DNA from: Acetohalobium arabaticum DSM 5501
GTDB taxonomy: Bacteria; Bacillota; Halanaerobiia; Halobacteroidales; Acetohalobiaceae
Reading direction: 5' to 3'
DNA: 32,000 bases
Assembly (NCBI RefSeq): GCF_000144695.1
Contig: NC_014378.1
Span: 1,790,043 to 1,822,042 of the forward strand
Shown here: piece after piece, positions 8,001 through 16,366 of the stretch
How the letters are laid out: every line of letters begins with the position of its first letter
How positions within the stretch are numbered: the stretch's first letter is position 1
The notes under the pieces: generated by a model
Seen by the model: the letters and a program-made list of their open reading frames with translations, nothing else
The model's database searches: none
Told to the model about the DNA's origin: nothing
Program-made: the position numbers and the translations under genes

Positions 8001-8567
8001 TAAATGATATATTATGTCACTTTTAAGATATTGCAGATTATAGTCAATATGTATCCGCCGCTTGTCGTTCGCTCAACGTCATGTTTCGCTCACTGTCAAA
8101 AACTGGCCCTCCATCGTCCGTGATTCCAGGCCAGTTTTAAGAGTCGCTCTGGACACATATTGACTATTGATAATAGATATATCACTATAGTTATCATTAA
8201 TTAGAGTTGCTATAGGCGCATATTGACCATTTGCAGTATGACATTGTCATGGTATTACATTGCAATCACAGCCTGGGTTGTTTCGGAGAAAAAAGATCTG
8301 GAACGGAGAAACTTCCCAGGCTATAGTTACAGCACAAAAATTTCATTAAGCTGGTTTTAAACGCTTCCTCAGATAATTTTGTACAATTAGTTGATATCTT
8401 GCAACAAGCGACTTTAAAGCAGTCCCAAAAGAGAGAATGGTTAATATATAAAGCAAAATCTTTAAATCGTAACGCTAAGGTTGATTTACTGCTGAGTGAC
8501 TAGGACTGATTTTCGAAGCGTTTGCAAGATATCAACTATAAACTGCAACAATATATCAATATAATTT
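8001..8567 (-). ncRNA. candidate large structured ncRNA or structured 3' UTR of the spoIIA operon (family unknown)
   Basis: No ORF of 60 aa or more in any frame. No terminator after sigF, and the only terminator is at 7971-8000. G+C is about 47-52% in 8041-8160. Helices: 8388-8404/8522-8538 (17 bp), 8420-8425/8503-8508, 8270-8277/8315-8322 (8 bp), 8099-8108/8129-8138 (10 bp), 8041-8052/8155-8166 (12 bp). Confidence 0.4.
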
Positions 8568-9329
8568 TCAGTCCAACTCTTCCCTTACTTTATCTATAAT
8601 CTTCCTTTCCAATCTTGATACCTGTACCTGAGAAACACCTATTCTGTCTGCTACTTCCTGTTGGGTCTTTTCATCAAAAAAACGCAGCTTTAGAATTAGC
8701 CTTTCTCGTGTCTTGAGCTCATCGATTACTTCACGCAAAGCCAATCTATCTATTTCCTGTTCCTGATTTTCACTACTAGCAGCTAATTGATCCACTAATT
8801 CTATTGAATTACCTTCATTTTCATAAACTGGCGAATAGATTGAAGTAGGTTCTCGAACAGCTTCTAAAGCATTAACTATTTCTTCCTTATCTACTTCCAT
8901 TTCCTCAGCAATCTCTTGTATAGTTGGCTCTCGATTCAATTCAGCAGTTAGACTCTCTTTAACTTCATTTATTCTATGTGCTCTTCGCTTTAGTGACCGA
9001 CTAACTTTAACAGCATCATCATCCCGTAAAAATCGCTTAATTTCACCAATAATTAACGGAACTGCATATGTAGAAAACTTAACATCACGTTCTAAATCAA
9101 ACCGCTCGATTGCTTTTAATAAACCGATACTACCAATCTGAAATAATTCCTCATAATCATAATTTTTATTAGCAAATCGATGGGCTACTTTCAAGACTAG
9201 CTTTACATTGTGATTAACTAACTTATCCTTAGCCTTCTGGTCGCCAGCCTGAGCCTTCTTTAATAACTCTTTGGTTTCAGCTTCAGATAACAGCTCTTTT
9301 TGGGGAATATTGAGACTATTATTATTCAT
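8568..9329 (-). CDS. sigF: RNA polymerase sporulation sigma factor F
   Basis: 253-aa sigma-70 family ORF (regions 2-4, C-terminal GVSQVQVSRLE HTH), third gene after spoIIAA-spoIIAB. Confidence 0.9.
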   Translation of the reverse strand: MNNNSLNIPQKELLSEAETKELLKKAQAGDQKAKDKLVNHNVKLVLKVAHRFANKNYDYEELFQIGSIGLLKAIERFDLERDVKFSTYAVPLIIGEIKRFLRDDDAVKVSRSLKRRAHRINEVKESLTAELNREPTIQEIAEEMEVDKEEIVNALEAVREPTSIYSPVYENEGNSIELVDQLAASSENQEQEIDRLALREVIDELKTRERLILKLRFFDEKTQQEVADRIGVSQVQVSRLERKIIDKVREELD

Positions 9330-9341
9330 AAGATTCCGCCC

Positions 9342-9773
9342 CTAATTAACTTTCTTTTCTGTCTTCTCTGGACTTGTGATCATTCTTATTTTGGTACCCT
9401 GCTCTAATTCTGAATCGATACTTAACTCATCCATAAAAGAATCAATAAATACTAATCCTAATCCCATTCTATCAGCCGTAGTATAAGAAGGTTCACAGGC
9501 TTGTTCAATATTTGAGATTCCCCGACCTGAATCTTCAACTTCAATAATTAATTTATCACCGTCAATCTCTAAATTAATTCCAATAATACCTGTCTCATCT
9601 TTATAGCCGTGGATAATTGCATTTGATACTGCTTCAGAAACTGCTACTTTAATCTCCTCAATCTCTGAAATAGTAAAATCCAGCTGGGCTGCAAATGAAG
9701 CTACTGTTACTCTAGCTAAGCCAATATTATCGGAAATACTCTTTAACTCCAACCTGGCATTATTCTTACTCAA
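9342..9773 (-). CDS. spoIIAB: anti-sigma F factor (serine kinase)
   Basis: HATPase_c motifs (EAVSNAIIHGY, DSGRGI, GLGL). I place the start at TTG 9771-9773, 8 nt after AGGAGG, giving 143 aa. The longer track ORF would overlap spoIIAA. Stop codon is TAG. Confidence 0.85.
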   Translation of the reverse strand: MSKNNARLELKSISDNIGLARVTVASFAAQLDFTISEIEEIKVAVSEAVSNAIIHGYKDETGIIGINLEIDGDKLIIEVEDSGRGISNIEQACEPSYTTADRMGLGLVFIDSFMDELSIDSELEQGTKIRMITSPEKTEKKVN

Positions 9774-9795
9774 TCTAATTACCTCCTTAATTTTT

Positions 9796-10134
9796 TTATA
9801 CTGCTTGTAGAGCTTCTTGCTCATCAGTAAATACATCAACTATCTTTAAAATTCCTGATAATTCAAATACCTGTTTGATGGAGTTATTAACATTGATAAT
9901 CTTTAATTTTCCTCCATGATTATTTATCTGCTTATATCTACCAATGATAAATCCTAAACCAGAACTATCAATAAAATCAACATTCTTTAAATTAAGAATC
10001 ATATTCTGAATTCCCACTTCTCCTGTCAGTTTCTCATCAATCCGTTTGCGCAGTGTATCAACTGTATGTAAATCCAGACTTCCATCAATTCTGACTATTA
10101 AATTGACTCCTACTCTCTCTATTTCTAGTTCCAC
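9796..10134 (-). CDS. spoIIAA: anti-sigma F factor antagonist (STAS domain)
   Basis: 112-aa STAS ORF with the DSSGLG phosphoserine motif. GTG start preceded by TAAGGAGG. Confidence 0.9.
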   Translation of the reverse strand: MELEIERVGVNLIVRIDGSLDLHTVDTLRKRIDEKLTGEVGIQNMILNLKNVDFIDSSGLGFIIGRYKQINNHGGKLKIINVNNSIKQVFELSGILKIVDVFTDEQEALQAV

Positions 10135-10180
10135 TAGCCAAACCTCCTTAATAAAAAAACTCCCCTGTCATTTATTAGAA

Positions 10181-10208
10181 TAATTTCAAGGCTAATCTAT
10201 ATTCTCCT
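10181..10208 (-). promoter_or_regulatory. possible sigma-H-type promoter of the spoIIA operon
   Basis: Minus strand reads AGGAGAAT, then GAAAT 17 nt after AGGA. The spacing fits RNAGGAWWW-N11-12-RNNGAATWW, but the -10 is GAAA, not GAAT. Confidence 0.25.
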
Positions 10209-10261
10209 GCATTTTTTCCATTTTTTTCAATTGATTTTGTTATTTGTAATTAACTATTGAA

Positions 10262-11455
10262 TTAATTAAAGACATTAACAATATTTAATAAAAATTTCTT
10301 AAGCAACTGGATTATTACCTGAATAATATTCCCTTTCTGTACCTCTCGATTGGCCACTAAATCTACGCTGGCTATCTTTTGTCCATCGGATAATACTCTC
10401 AATTCTCCAATCTTTTCCCCTCTCTTCAGCGGAGCAGTTAAATCTTCTTTAACTAAAATCTGCCGCTTTAAATTACCCTCATTTCCTTTAATTACAGCAG
10501 CAGTTAGATCCTTTCTAGCAACTGCTTTAACCTTGGGATTCTTCCCTTTATAGATCTCTACTTCATCAATTGCTACTTCTCCTTTCTGAATTACCGGAAC
10601 TGAACGATAGATACTAAAACCATAAGACAACAATTCTCCTGCTTCTTTAAATCGAGTATCCGAAGTCTCTTCTTTCATCACCACAGCTATAAACCTCAAG
10701 CCTTTTCGTTCAGCAGTCGCAACAACTCCAAAACCTGCTTGGCTAGTATGACCTGTCTTTAAACCGTCAGCTCCTTTATAGAATCTAACTAGATTATTCG
10801 TATTCCGCAGAAAGGAATCTCCATCCCGCAAATGGTCAATCCAGATTTTAGTATAATCAAGCACCTGAGGATATTTAGTTACTAATTCCCTTGACATAAC
10901 ACCTACATCATGAGCACTGGTATAATTTCCTCGTTTATCAGAATCTTCAACCGGAAGGCCGTTAGTATTAACAAAATGAGTATCATCCAGGCCTAATTCG
11001 TCAGCCTTCTCATTCATAGCATTGACAAAGACCTCTTCTGTACCATAAAGATGTTCAGCTACTGCTACACAGGCATCATTGGCCGAAACAATAGCAATTG
11101 CCTTAATCATCTCTTCTAGTTTCATCTCTTCGCCTGGCTCCAGCCAAATCTGTGAACCACCCATTCCTGCCGCATATTCACTAGTAGTTACAGCTTCATC
11201 CAAGTTTGCTTTACCTTCATCAATTGCTTCCATAGTCAACAGTAAAGTCATTGTTTTCGTAATGCTGGCTGGAGGTAATTCTTCGTGTGCATTCTTTTCA
11301 TAAATAACTTTCCCCGATTTGGCCTCCATCAATACTGCTGACTTGGCTTCCAAATCAAACTCAGGATCAGGTAATTCTTCGGCAGATAAAGTAAGAGAAA
11401 ATGATAAACAGAGAAGAAAGACTAACAAAATGATAGATATTATACGTTTTACCAA
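10262..11455 (-). CDS. dacF: D-alanyl-D-alanine carboxypeptidase (sporulation PBP, DacF/DacB-like)
   Basis: 397-aa ORF with a signal peptide and the SITK (SxxK), SAND (SxN) and KTGHT (KTG) motifs. Sits directly upstream of spoIIAA, as dacF does in Bacillus. TTG start. Confidence 0.85.
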   Translation of the reverse strand: MVKRIISIILLVFLLCLSFSLTLSAEELPDPEFDLEAKSAVLMEAKSGKVIYEKNAHEELPPASITKTMTLLLTMEAIDEGKANLDEAVTTSEYAAGMGGSQIWLEPGEEMKLEEMIKAIAIVSANDACVAVAEHLYGTEEVFVNAMNEKADELGLDDTHFVNTNGLPVEDSDKRGNYTSAHDVGVMSRELVTKYPQVLDYTKIWIDHLRDGDSFLRNTNNLVRFYKGADGLKTGHTSQAGFGVVATAERKGLRFIAVVMKEETSDTRFKEAGELLSYGFSIYRSVPVIQKGEVAIDEVEIYKGKNPKVKAVARKDLTAAVIKGNEGNLKRQILVKEDLTAPLKRGEKIGELRVLSDGQKIASVDLVANREVQKGNIIQVIIQLLKKFLLNIVNVFN

Positions 11456-11591
11456 TTTACTTTCCCCCTTTTCGAATATTTGGGATATTATGTTAAATTA
11501 TTATTAATAGTTATCTGAAAGTATTCTTGGTAAAAGGAGGAAACAGGCCTAAAAAAGGCCAGATTAAGAAGGTTAACTCTTAAAATATATT

Positions 11592-12896
11592 TTATTCTAT
11601 AATTTTATAAATCAATTTGCTCTTATCTGATTGCTCATCAGTAATAGTATAGGCACTCTGCAGCTGCTCTTTAACAGCCATCAAATTCGCATCATCATTT
11701 ATATGTAAAGTAGCCAGGGTATCTCCGTAATTAACCTGATCCCCTACTTTAGCTTGTAATACCACACCTACTGAGGGATCAATAATATCATCCTTAGTTT
11801 CTCTGCCTGCTCCTAATGACATAGCAGCTAGTCCAACCTCTTCAGCATCAATCCCCGCTATATAGCCTTCCTTCTGCGCCTTTAACTCTATCTGTTTTTT
11901 AGCAGCCGGCAGTAGGGTCAAATCATCTACTACACTGCTGTTACCACCTTGAGCAGCTATTAAGTCTTTAAACTTTCTTAAAGCAGCTCCACTGTTTAAA
12001 ACCTCTTTAAGCTGTTCTCTACCTTCAGATTCTGTCTCAACCATTCCGGCTACCTTCAGCATCTGAGCACCTAATGTAAGACATAACTTAATTAAATCTT
12101 CAGGGCCTTCACCGTAGAGAGTCTTAACTGCTTCTTTAACCTCCAGGGCATTACCAACTGCCTGGCCAAGCGGCTGGTCCATATTAGAAAGAACAGCAAC
12201 TGTCTGGCGATTAACCTGACGGCCTATCTCTACCATAGATTCAGCTAACTTAACTGCCTGTTCATAAGTCTTCATAAAGGCCCCACTGCCGACTTTAACA
12301 TCTAAAACAATCTTTTCCGCTCCGGCAGCTATCTTCTTACTCATGATGCTACTAGCAATTAAGGAAATAGAATCCACAGTAGCCGTTACATCCCGCAGAG
12401 CATAAAGCTGTTTATCAGCAGGAGCCAAGTTACTGGTTTGACCAGCTACAGCTACCTGCCTATGATTTACATTAGCTATAAATTCTTCTAAGGAAAGAGA
12501 GGTATTAAAGCCGGGAATTGCCTCCAGCTTATCTATAGTTCCCCCAGTATGGCCTAAACCCCTCCCCGACATTTTAGCTACTGGTACTCCTGCTGCTGCT
12601 ACCAATGGTGCTAAGACTAATGTTGTTGTATCACCAACGCCTCCAGTACTATGTTTATCAACCTTAACTCCCTGAATTGGACTTAAATCAATCCGGTCCC
12701 CTGAATCAGCCATAGCCATAGTCAGATCTGCTGTTTCCCGCTTGCTCATTCCAGTAAAGAAGACAGCCATTGCCCAGGCTGCTAACTGATAATCAGGCAG
12801 TCTACCTGCTGTATATTCTCCAATTAAAAATTCTATTTCAGCCGTCGCTAATTCTTTGCCGTTACGCTTCTTTAAAATAATATCATATGCTCTCAC
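11592..12896 (-). CDS. pdp: pyrimidine-nucleoside (thymidine) phosphorylase
   Basis: 434-aa ORF with KHSTGGVGD and SGRGLGHTGGT motifs. Confidence 0.9.
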   Translation of the reverse strand: MRAYDIILKKRNGKELATAEIEFLIGEYTAGRLPDYQLAAWAMAVFFTGMSKRETADLTMAMADSGDRIDLSPIQGVKVDKHSTGGVGDTTTLVLAPLVAAAGVPVAKMSGRGLGHTGGTIDKLEAIPGFNTSLSLEEFIANVNHRQVAVAGQTSNLAPADKQLYALRDVTATVDSISLIASSIMSKKIAAGAEKIVLDVKVGSGAFMKTYEQAVKLAESMVEIGRQVNRQTVAVLSNMDQPLGQAVGNALEVKEAVKTLYGEGPEDLIKLCLTLGAQMLKVAGMVETESEGREQLKEVLNSGAALRKFKDLIAAQGGNSSVVDDLTLLPAAKKQIELKAQKEGYIAGIDAEEVGLAAMSLGAGRETKDDIIDPSVGVVLQAKVGDQVNYGDTLATLHINDDANLMAVKEQLQSAYTITDEQSDKSKLIYKIIE

Positions 12897-13711
12897 TCTA
12901 TTACCTCCAGAACTTTAGTAACTAAATTAATAAAGTCTTCCTTAACCCGTTTAGTAGTCTCAATTACTTCCATATGGTCGAGGGGTTCAGAAAGGATTCC
13001 AGCTGCCATATTGGCAATACAGGAAATCCCTAATACTTCACAATTCATATGATTAGCTACAATCACCTCTGGTACTGTTGACATTCCTACAGCATCAGCA
13101 CCTAGACGGGACATACAGCGCACCTCAGCCGGAGTTTCATAATTTGGTCCTGTAGTTGCTAAATAAACCCCTTTGCGGGTATTAACTCCAATCTTGCTAG
13201 CTGCTCTTTCTGCTGCAGTAATCAACTCTGGACTGTAAGCCTGGGACATATCGAGAAAACGAGGCCCAAATTCTTCTTCATTAGGACCAACTAGAGGATT
13301 GGTCCCCATAAAATTGATGTGATCATTAATAATCATTAAGTCACCTACATTATAATTTCTATTTACTCCCCCAGCTGAATTAGTAATAATTAATTTATCT
13401 GCTCCCAGAAGCTCCATCACCCGCACCGGAAAGGTTATTTCTGCCATATCATATCCTTCATAATAATGAAACCTTCCCTGCATAGCTATAACTTTCTTGC
13501 GTCTTAATCTACCGCTAACTAGCTGTCCAGCATGTCCTTTAACAGTAGAGACGGGAAAATTAGGAATCTCACTATATGGTATTGATGTAGCTTCTTTAAT
13601 TTCATCAGCCAACTCTCCTAGACCTGAACCTAAAATTAAAGCAATCTCCGGTTTAATATCAATTAGATCAGCTAAATATTCTACAGTCTCTTCTACTTTA
13701 AGTAGTTCCAT
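12893..13711 (-). CDS. punA: purine nucleoside phosphorylase (PNP family, inosine/guanosine type)
   Basis: 272-aa ORF with GSGLG, GRFHYYEG and VGMSTVPE motifs. 4-nt overlap with pdp. Confidence 0.9.
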   Translation of the reverse strand: MELLKVEETVEYLADLIDIKPEIALILGSGLGELADEIKEATSIPYSEIPNFPVSTVKGHAGQLVSGRLRRKKVIAMQGRFHYYEGYDMAEITFPVRVMELLGADKLIITNSAGGVNRNYNVGDLMIINDHINFMGTNPLVGPNEEEFGPRFLDMSQAYSPELITAAERAASKIGVNTRKGVYLATTGPNYETPAEVRCMSRLGADAVGMSTVPEVIVANHMNCEVLGISCIANMAAGILSEPLDHMEVIETTKRVKEDFINLVTKVLEVIE

Positions 13712-13729
13712 ACTTCTTCTCCTTTCTTT

Positions 13730-14905
13730 TTAACGAAACAGTTTTTCTTTAAAGCTCGTCCCAGCTGGGGGCTTAGTAACCTCCAGTAAATCAGCAATAG
13801 TAGCAGCCAGATCTGCAAAAGTATCTCTAGTTCCTAGATTAACATCTCTTTTAATCCGTTCTCCAGAAACCAATAATGGAACATATTCTCTAGTATGGTC
13901 GGTCCCTTCATAAATTGGATCACAACCGTGATCAGCTGTAATAATTAATATATCTTTCTCAGTTAATAACTCAATAATTTCAGGCAGACTGGCATCAAAC
14001 TTTTCTAAAGCCTGAGCATAGCCTTGTGGATCATTTCGGTGGCCGTACTCCTGATCAAAATCAATTAAATTAGCAAAAATCAAGCCTTCCTTATCCCTAG
14101 TTAAGAACTTACATATATCCTGGACTGCTTCCTGATTATTGGTACTATGTATTGAATCAGTAATTCCCCGCTCAGAAAAGATATCTTCAATCTTTCCTAC
14201 AGCCATGACTGATTTTCCTGCTTGGCTAACAGAGTCCAACAGCGTCTCCTCTGGCGGCTGTAAGGAAAAATCCTCTCGCCTTTCAGTCCGTTCAAAACTA
14301 CCCAACTCACCAACAAAGGGCCTGGCTATTACTCTACCTACTGCATGAGGACCAGTCAATATCTTGCGAGCAGTTCTACAAATTTCATAAAGTTCCTCTA
14401 CTGGAATAACCTCTTCATGGGCCGCTATCTGAAAAACGCTGTCAGCCGAGGTATAGACAATCGGTTTTCCTGTCTCTAAATGTTCAGCCCCCAGTTCTTC
14501 AATAATTACTGTTCCAGAAGCCGGTTTATTCCCCAACACTTCCCTACCAATCTGCTCTTCAAATTCTTCAATCACTTCTGCAGGAAATCCTTCGGAATAA
14601 GTAGGAAATGGTTCAGACGAAACTAAACCGGCCAGCTCCCAGTGGCCTGTAATCGTATCCTTACCCTGTGAGGCCTCCTTCATCCGCCCGAAAACTCCTG
14701 CAGGATTATCAGTTTGAGCTATACCTGAAATCTCAGTAATATTTCCTAACCCTAACTCTTCTAAATTAGGCAGTTCAATATCGCCTACTGCTTCAGCTAC
14801 ATGTACTAAAGTATTAGCACCTTCATCACCAAAGTCAGCAGCATCCGGCAAAGCACCAATACCTACGCTATCTAGAACGATTAATACTACTCTATCGATC
14901 TCCAT
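13730..14905 (-). CDS. deoB: phosphopentomutase
   Basis: 391-aa ORF with [15 protein letters not shown] and ADHGCDP motifs of the DeoB alkaline-phosphatase superfamily. Confidence 0.9.
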   Translation of the reverse strand: MEIDRVVLIVLDSVGIGALPDAADFGDEGANTLVHVAEAVGDIELPNLEELGLGNITEISGIAQTDNPAGVFGRMKEASQGKDTITGHWELAGLVSSEPFPTYSEGFPAEVIEEFEEQIGREVLGNKPASGTVIIEELGAEHLETGKPIVYTSADSVFQIAAHEEVIPVEELYEICRTARKILTGPHAVGRVIARPFVGELGSFERTERREDFSLQPPEETLLDSVSQAGKSVMAVGKIEDIFSERGITDSIHSTNNQEAVQDICKFLTRDKEGLIFANLIDFDQEYGHRNDPQGYAQALEKFDASLPEIIELLTEKDILIITADHGCDPIYEGTDHTREYVPLLVSGERIKRDVNLGTRDTFADLAATIADLLEVTKPPAGTSFKEKLFR

Positions 14906-14919
14906 TCTTTACCTCCTAA

Positions 14920-15564
14920 TCAGTAAATTACCGTCTTAGTAATGAAACTCATCAATATAGGTGTTAAAAATGATTCAATTAATCCGGCCGTAACTAAAAT
15001 AACAGCTAATATGATCATTAAGGTAGAATAACCAAAAAAATATTGAGCAAAATTAATCGGCATTCTTTTAAAACGGCTTTTAAATAGATTAAGTGCAAAA
15101 GCTATTCCGGCTGTTCCTGCTATAATTAAACTGGGAATGGCAAATAGATTATGTGGTACAATAGAAACAACAGCAAACAGAAAACCTTTAACTGCCAACT
15201 CATCAACTAAAAACCCAACAGCAAACCCTAAAATAAAACCACGTAAAAAGACAAGAATAGGAATTATCGGCATTCCGACTATGGAAATCCCCAGTATCCA
15301 GACTAAAAGAATTAACTTTAAATTATAAAAAACTGCTTCTTGGGCTAAAATTTCCTGTTGGAGAACCAATTTTCCCTTGAAATTTTGAAAAAAATTGGCT
15401 AAATAATTCACTAATTGATTCTTTTCTGCATAACTTAACATCTTAACTGCAATAGCCCCAAAAGTAACCCCGCTGATAAAAATAATAATTAAGAACAAAA
15501 GAATAGAAAGATTACGGCGCATAAACTGAATACTGCTAGTTCCAAGCTGTCTTAAACTAAACAT
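14920..15564 (-). CDS. spoIIM: stage II sporulation protein M
   Basis: 214-aa polytopic membrane ORF. Length, topology and the HNLFAIP motif fit SpoIIM. Confidence 0.75.
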   Translation of the reverse strand: MFSLRQLGTSSIQFMRRNLSILLFLIIIFISGVTFGAIAVKMLSYAEKNQLVNYLANFFQNFKGKLVLQQEILAQEAVFYNLKLILLVWILGISIVGMPIIPILVFLRGFILGFAVGFLVDELAVKGFLFAVVSIVPHNLFAIPSLIIAGTAGIAFALNLFKSRFKRMPINFAQYFFGYSTLMIILAVILVTAGLIESFLTPILMSFITKTVIY

Positions 15565-15630
15565 TATCTTTCCCCCTAATTTACTCCAACTTATTAAATC
15601 ATACTCAAACTTAGAGGGAAATATAACACT

Positions 15631-16329
15631 TTAAATCTGGAGAAAACCTTCTTCAATAATTAATTTACCTATCTGCTCAGCAGCCAGTACATCTTCATGA
15701 GAATTAGAACTAGCTGCTACTAAGGTAATACCTGTTTTAAACTTTTGGGCTGCTATAATTGCCCGCTGGGCTGATTCTTTAGCTGGCATAACTCCACTCT
15801 TTTTAAAAGTTCGAGCTACAGTTCCGGTTATTACCTCTGGAGCTCCATGATTATAGGCAGCATCATAAGCTGTCCCTCCAGTATCAGTAATGACTAACAC
15901 TACTTTACCTTCAAAATCAACTAATTTCACTATCTCAGCCCCTAAATTAGGGATTATCGTATCAATTTCTACTCCTGCCCTCTTTATTCCTGTTAAAGCC
16001 AATTGAATATTATCCTTACGTTCCTCATTAGAAGCCAGGCGAGGCTCAGTAGCAATTATCAATTCTGTATCATTCTTCAATGCTTTCTTGCCAGCAAAGT
16101 AGCCAATCTTTTCGGGATTAACTGTAACTGGAGTTGAAACACAGTCAGGACTGGCCCCAAAAACATCAATAGCCCCCGCATCTAAAGCAGTTTCTACTGT
16201 TGTTGACATACTGATCAGATCAACAATCATAACTACATCACCTTTTCTGGCTGCTTCTGCTGCTCCCGAAGCATTAGAAGTAATATTTAAAGTAGGTATC
16301 CACTCCTGATTACTGGTTAATGTGGCCAC
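15631..16329 (-). CDS. hypothetical protein (weak 2-phosphosulfolactate-phosphatase-like motif)
   Basis: 232-aa soluble ORF. Only VVMIVDLISMSTTVETALDAGA recalls the ComB-type VIDxLRATS motif. No confident family. Confidence 0.5.
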   Translation of the reverse strand: MATLTSNQEWIPTLNITSNASGAAEAARKGDVVMIVDLISMSTTVETALDAGAIDVFGASPDCVSTPVTVNPEKIGYFAGKKALKNDTELIIATEPRLASNEERKDNIQLALTGIKRAGVEIDTIIPNLGAEIVKLVDFEGKVVLVITDTGGTAYDAAYNHGAPEVITGTVARTFKKSGVMPAKESAQRAIIAAQKFKTGITLVAASSNSHEDVLAAEQIGKLIIEEGFLQI

Positions 16330-16366
16330 TGTATATACCGCCTCCTTAACATAGTCTTATCTTCCA

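Noticed and set aside
8096-8197. 33-codon minus-strand ORF (MITIVIYLLSIVNMCPERLLKLAWNHGRWRASF) as a type I toxin; also the plus-strand 39-codon ORF at 8004..8123 and the 26-codon minus ORF starting near 8346
   Set aside because: None has a Shine-Dalgarno sequence at a workable distance, and the hydrophobic stretch is only about 12 residues. These are probably chance ORFs within a structured RNA.
8001-8567. Identity with a known large RNA (OLE, RNase P, tmRNA, 6S, T-box, cobalamin or other riboswitch)
   Set aside because: I could not find the signatures I know, such as the RNase P GAGGAAAGUCC, the T-box AGGGUGGUACCGCG or a tmRNA tag ORF. As I recall, OLE usually lies in the ispA/dxs region upstream of recN, which would be beyond the right edge of this window. 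An Rfam scan is still needed.
8001-8567. Decayed spoVAA/spoVAB pseudogenes
   Set aside because: Stops are frequent in all frames, I recognise no SpoVAA/AB-like peptide stretches, and the region is GC-enriched with long perfect helices and its own terminator. I cannot fully exclude this without a translated search.
9774-9839. N-terminal extensions of spoIIAB (to 9839) and spoVAD (7214..7243) given by the ORF track
   Set aside because: The extensions overlap the upstream gene or lack an SD. Internal starts with good SDs (TTG at 9773, ATG at 7213) give products of canonical length.
11545-11559. Small hairpin ggcct/aggcc after pdp as a terminator
   Set aside because: The stem is only 5 bp and is not followed by a U-tract on the minus strand.
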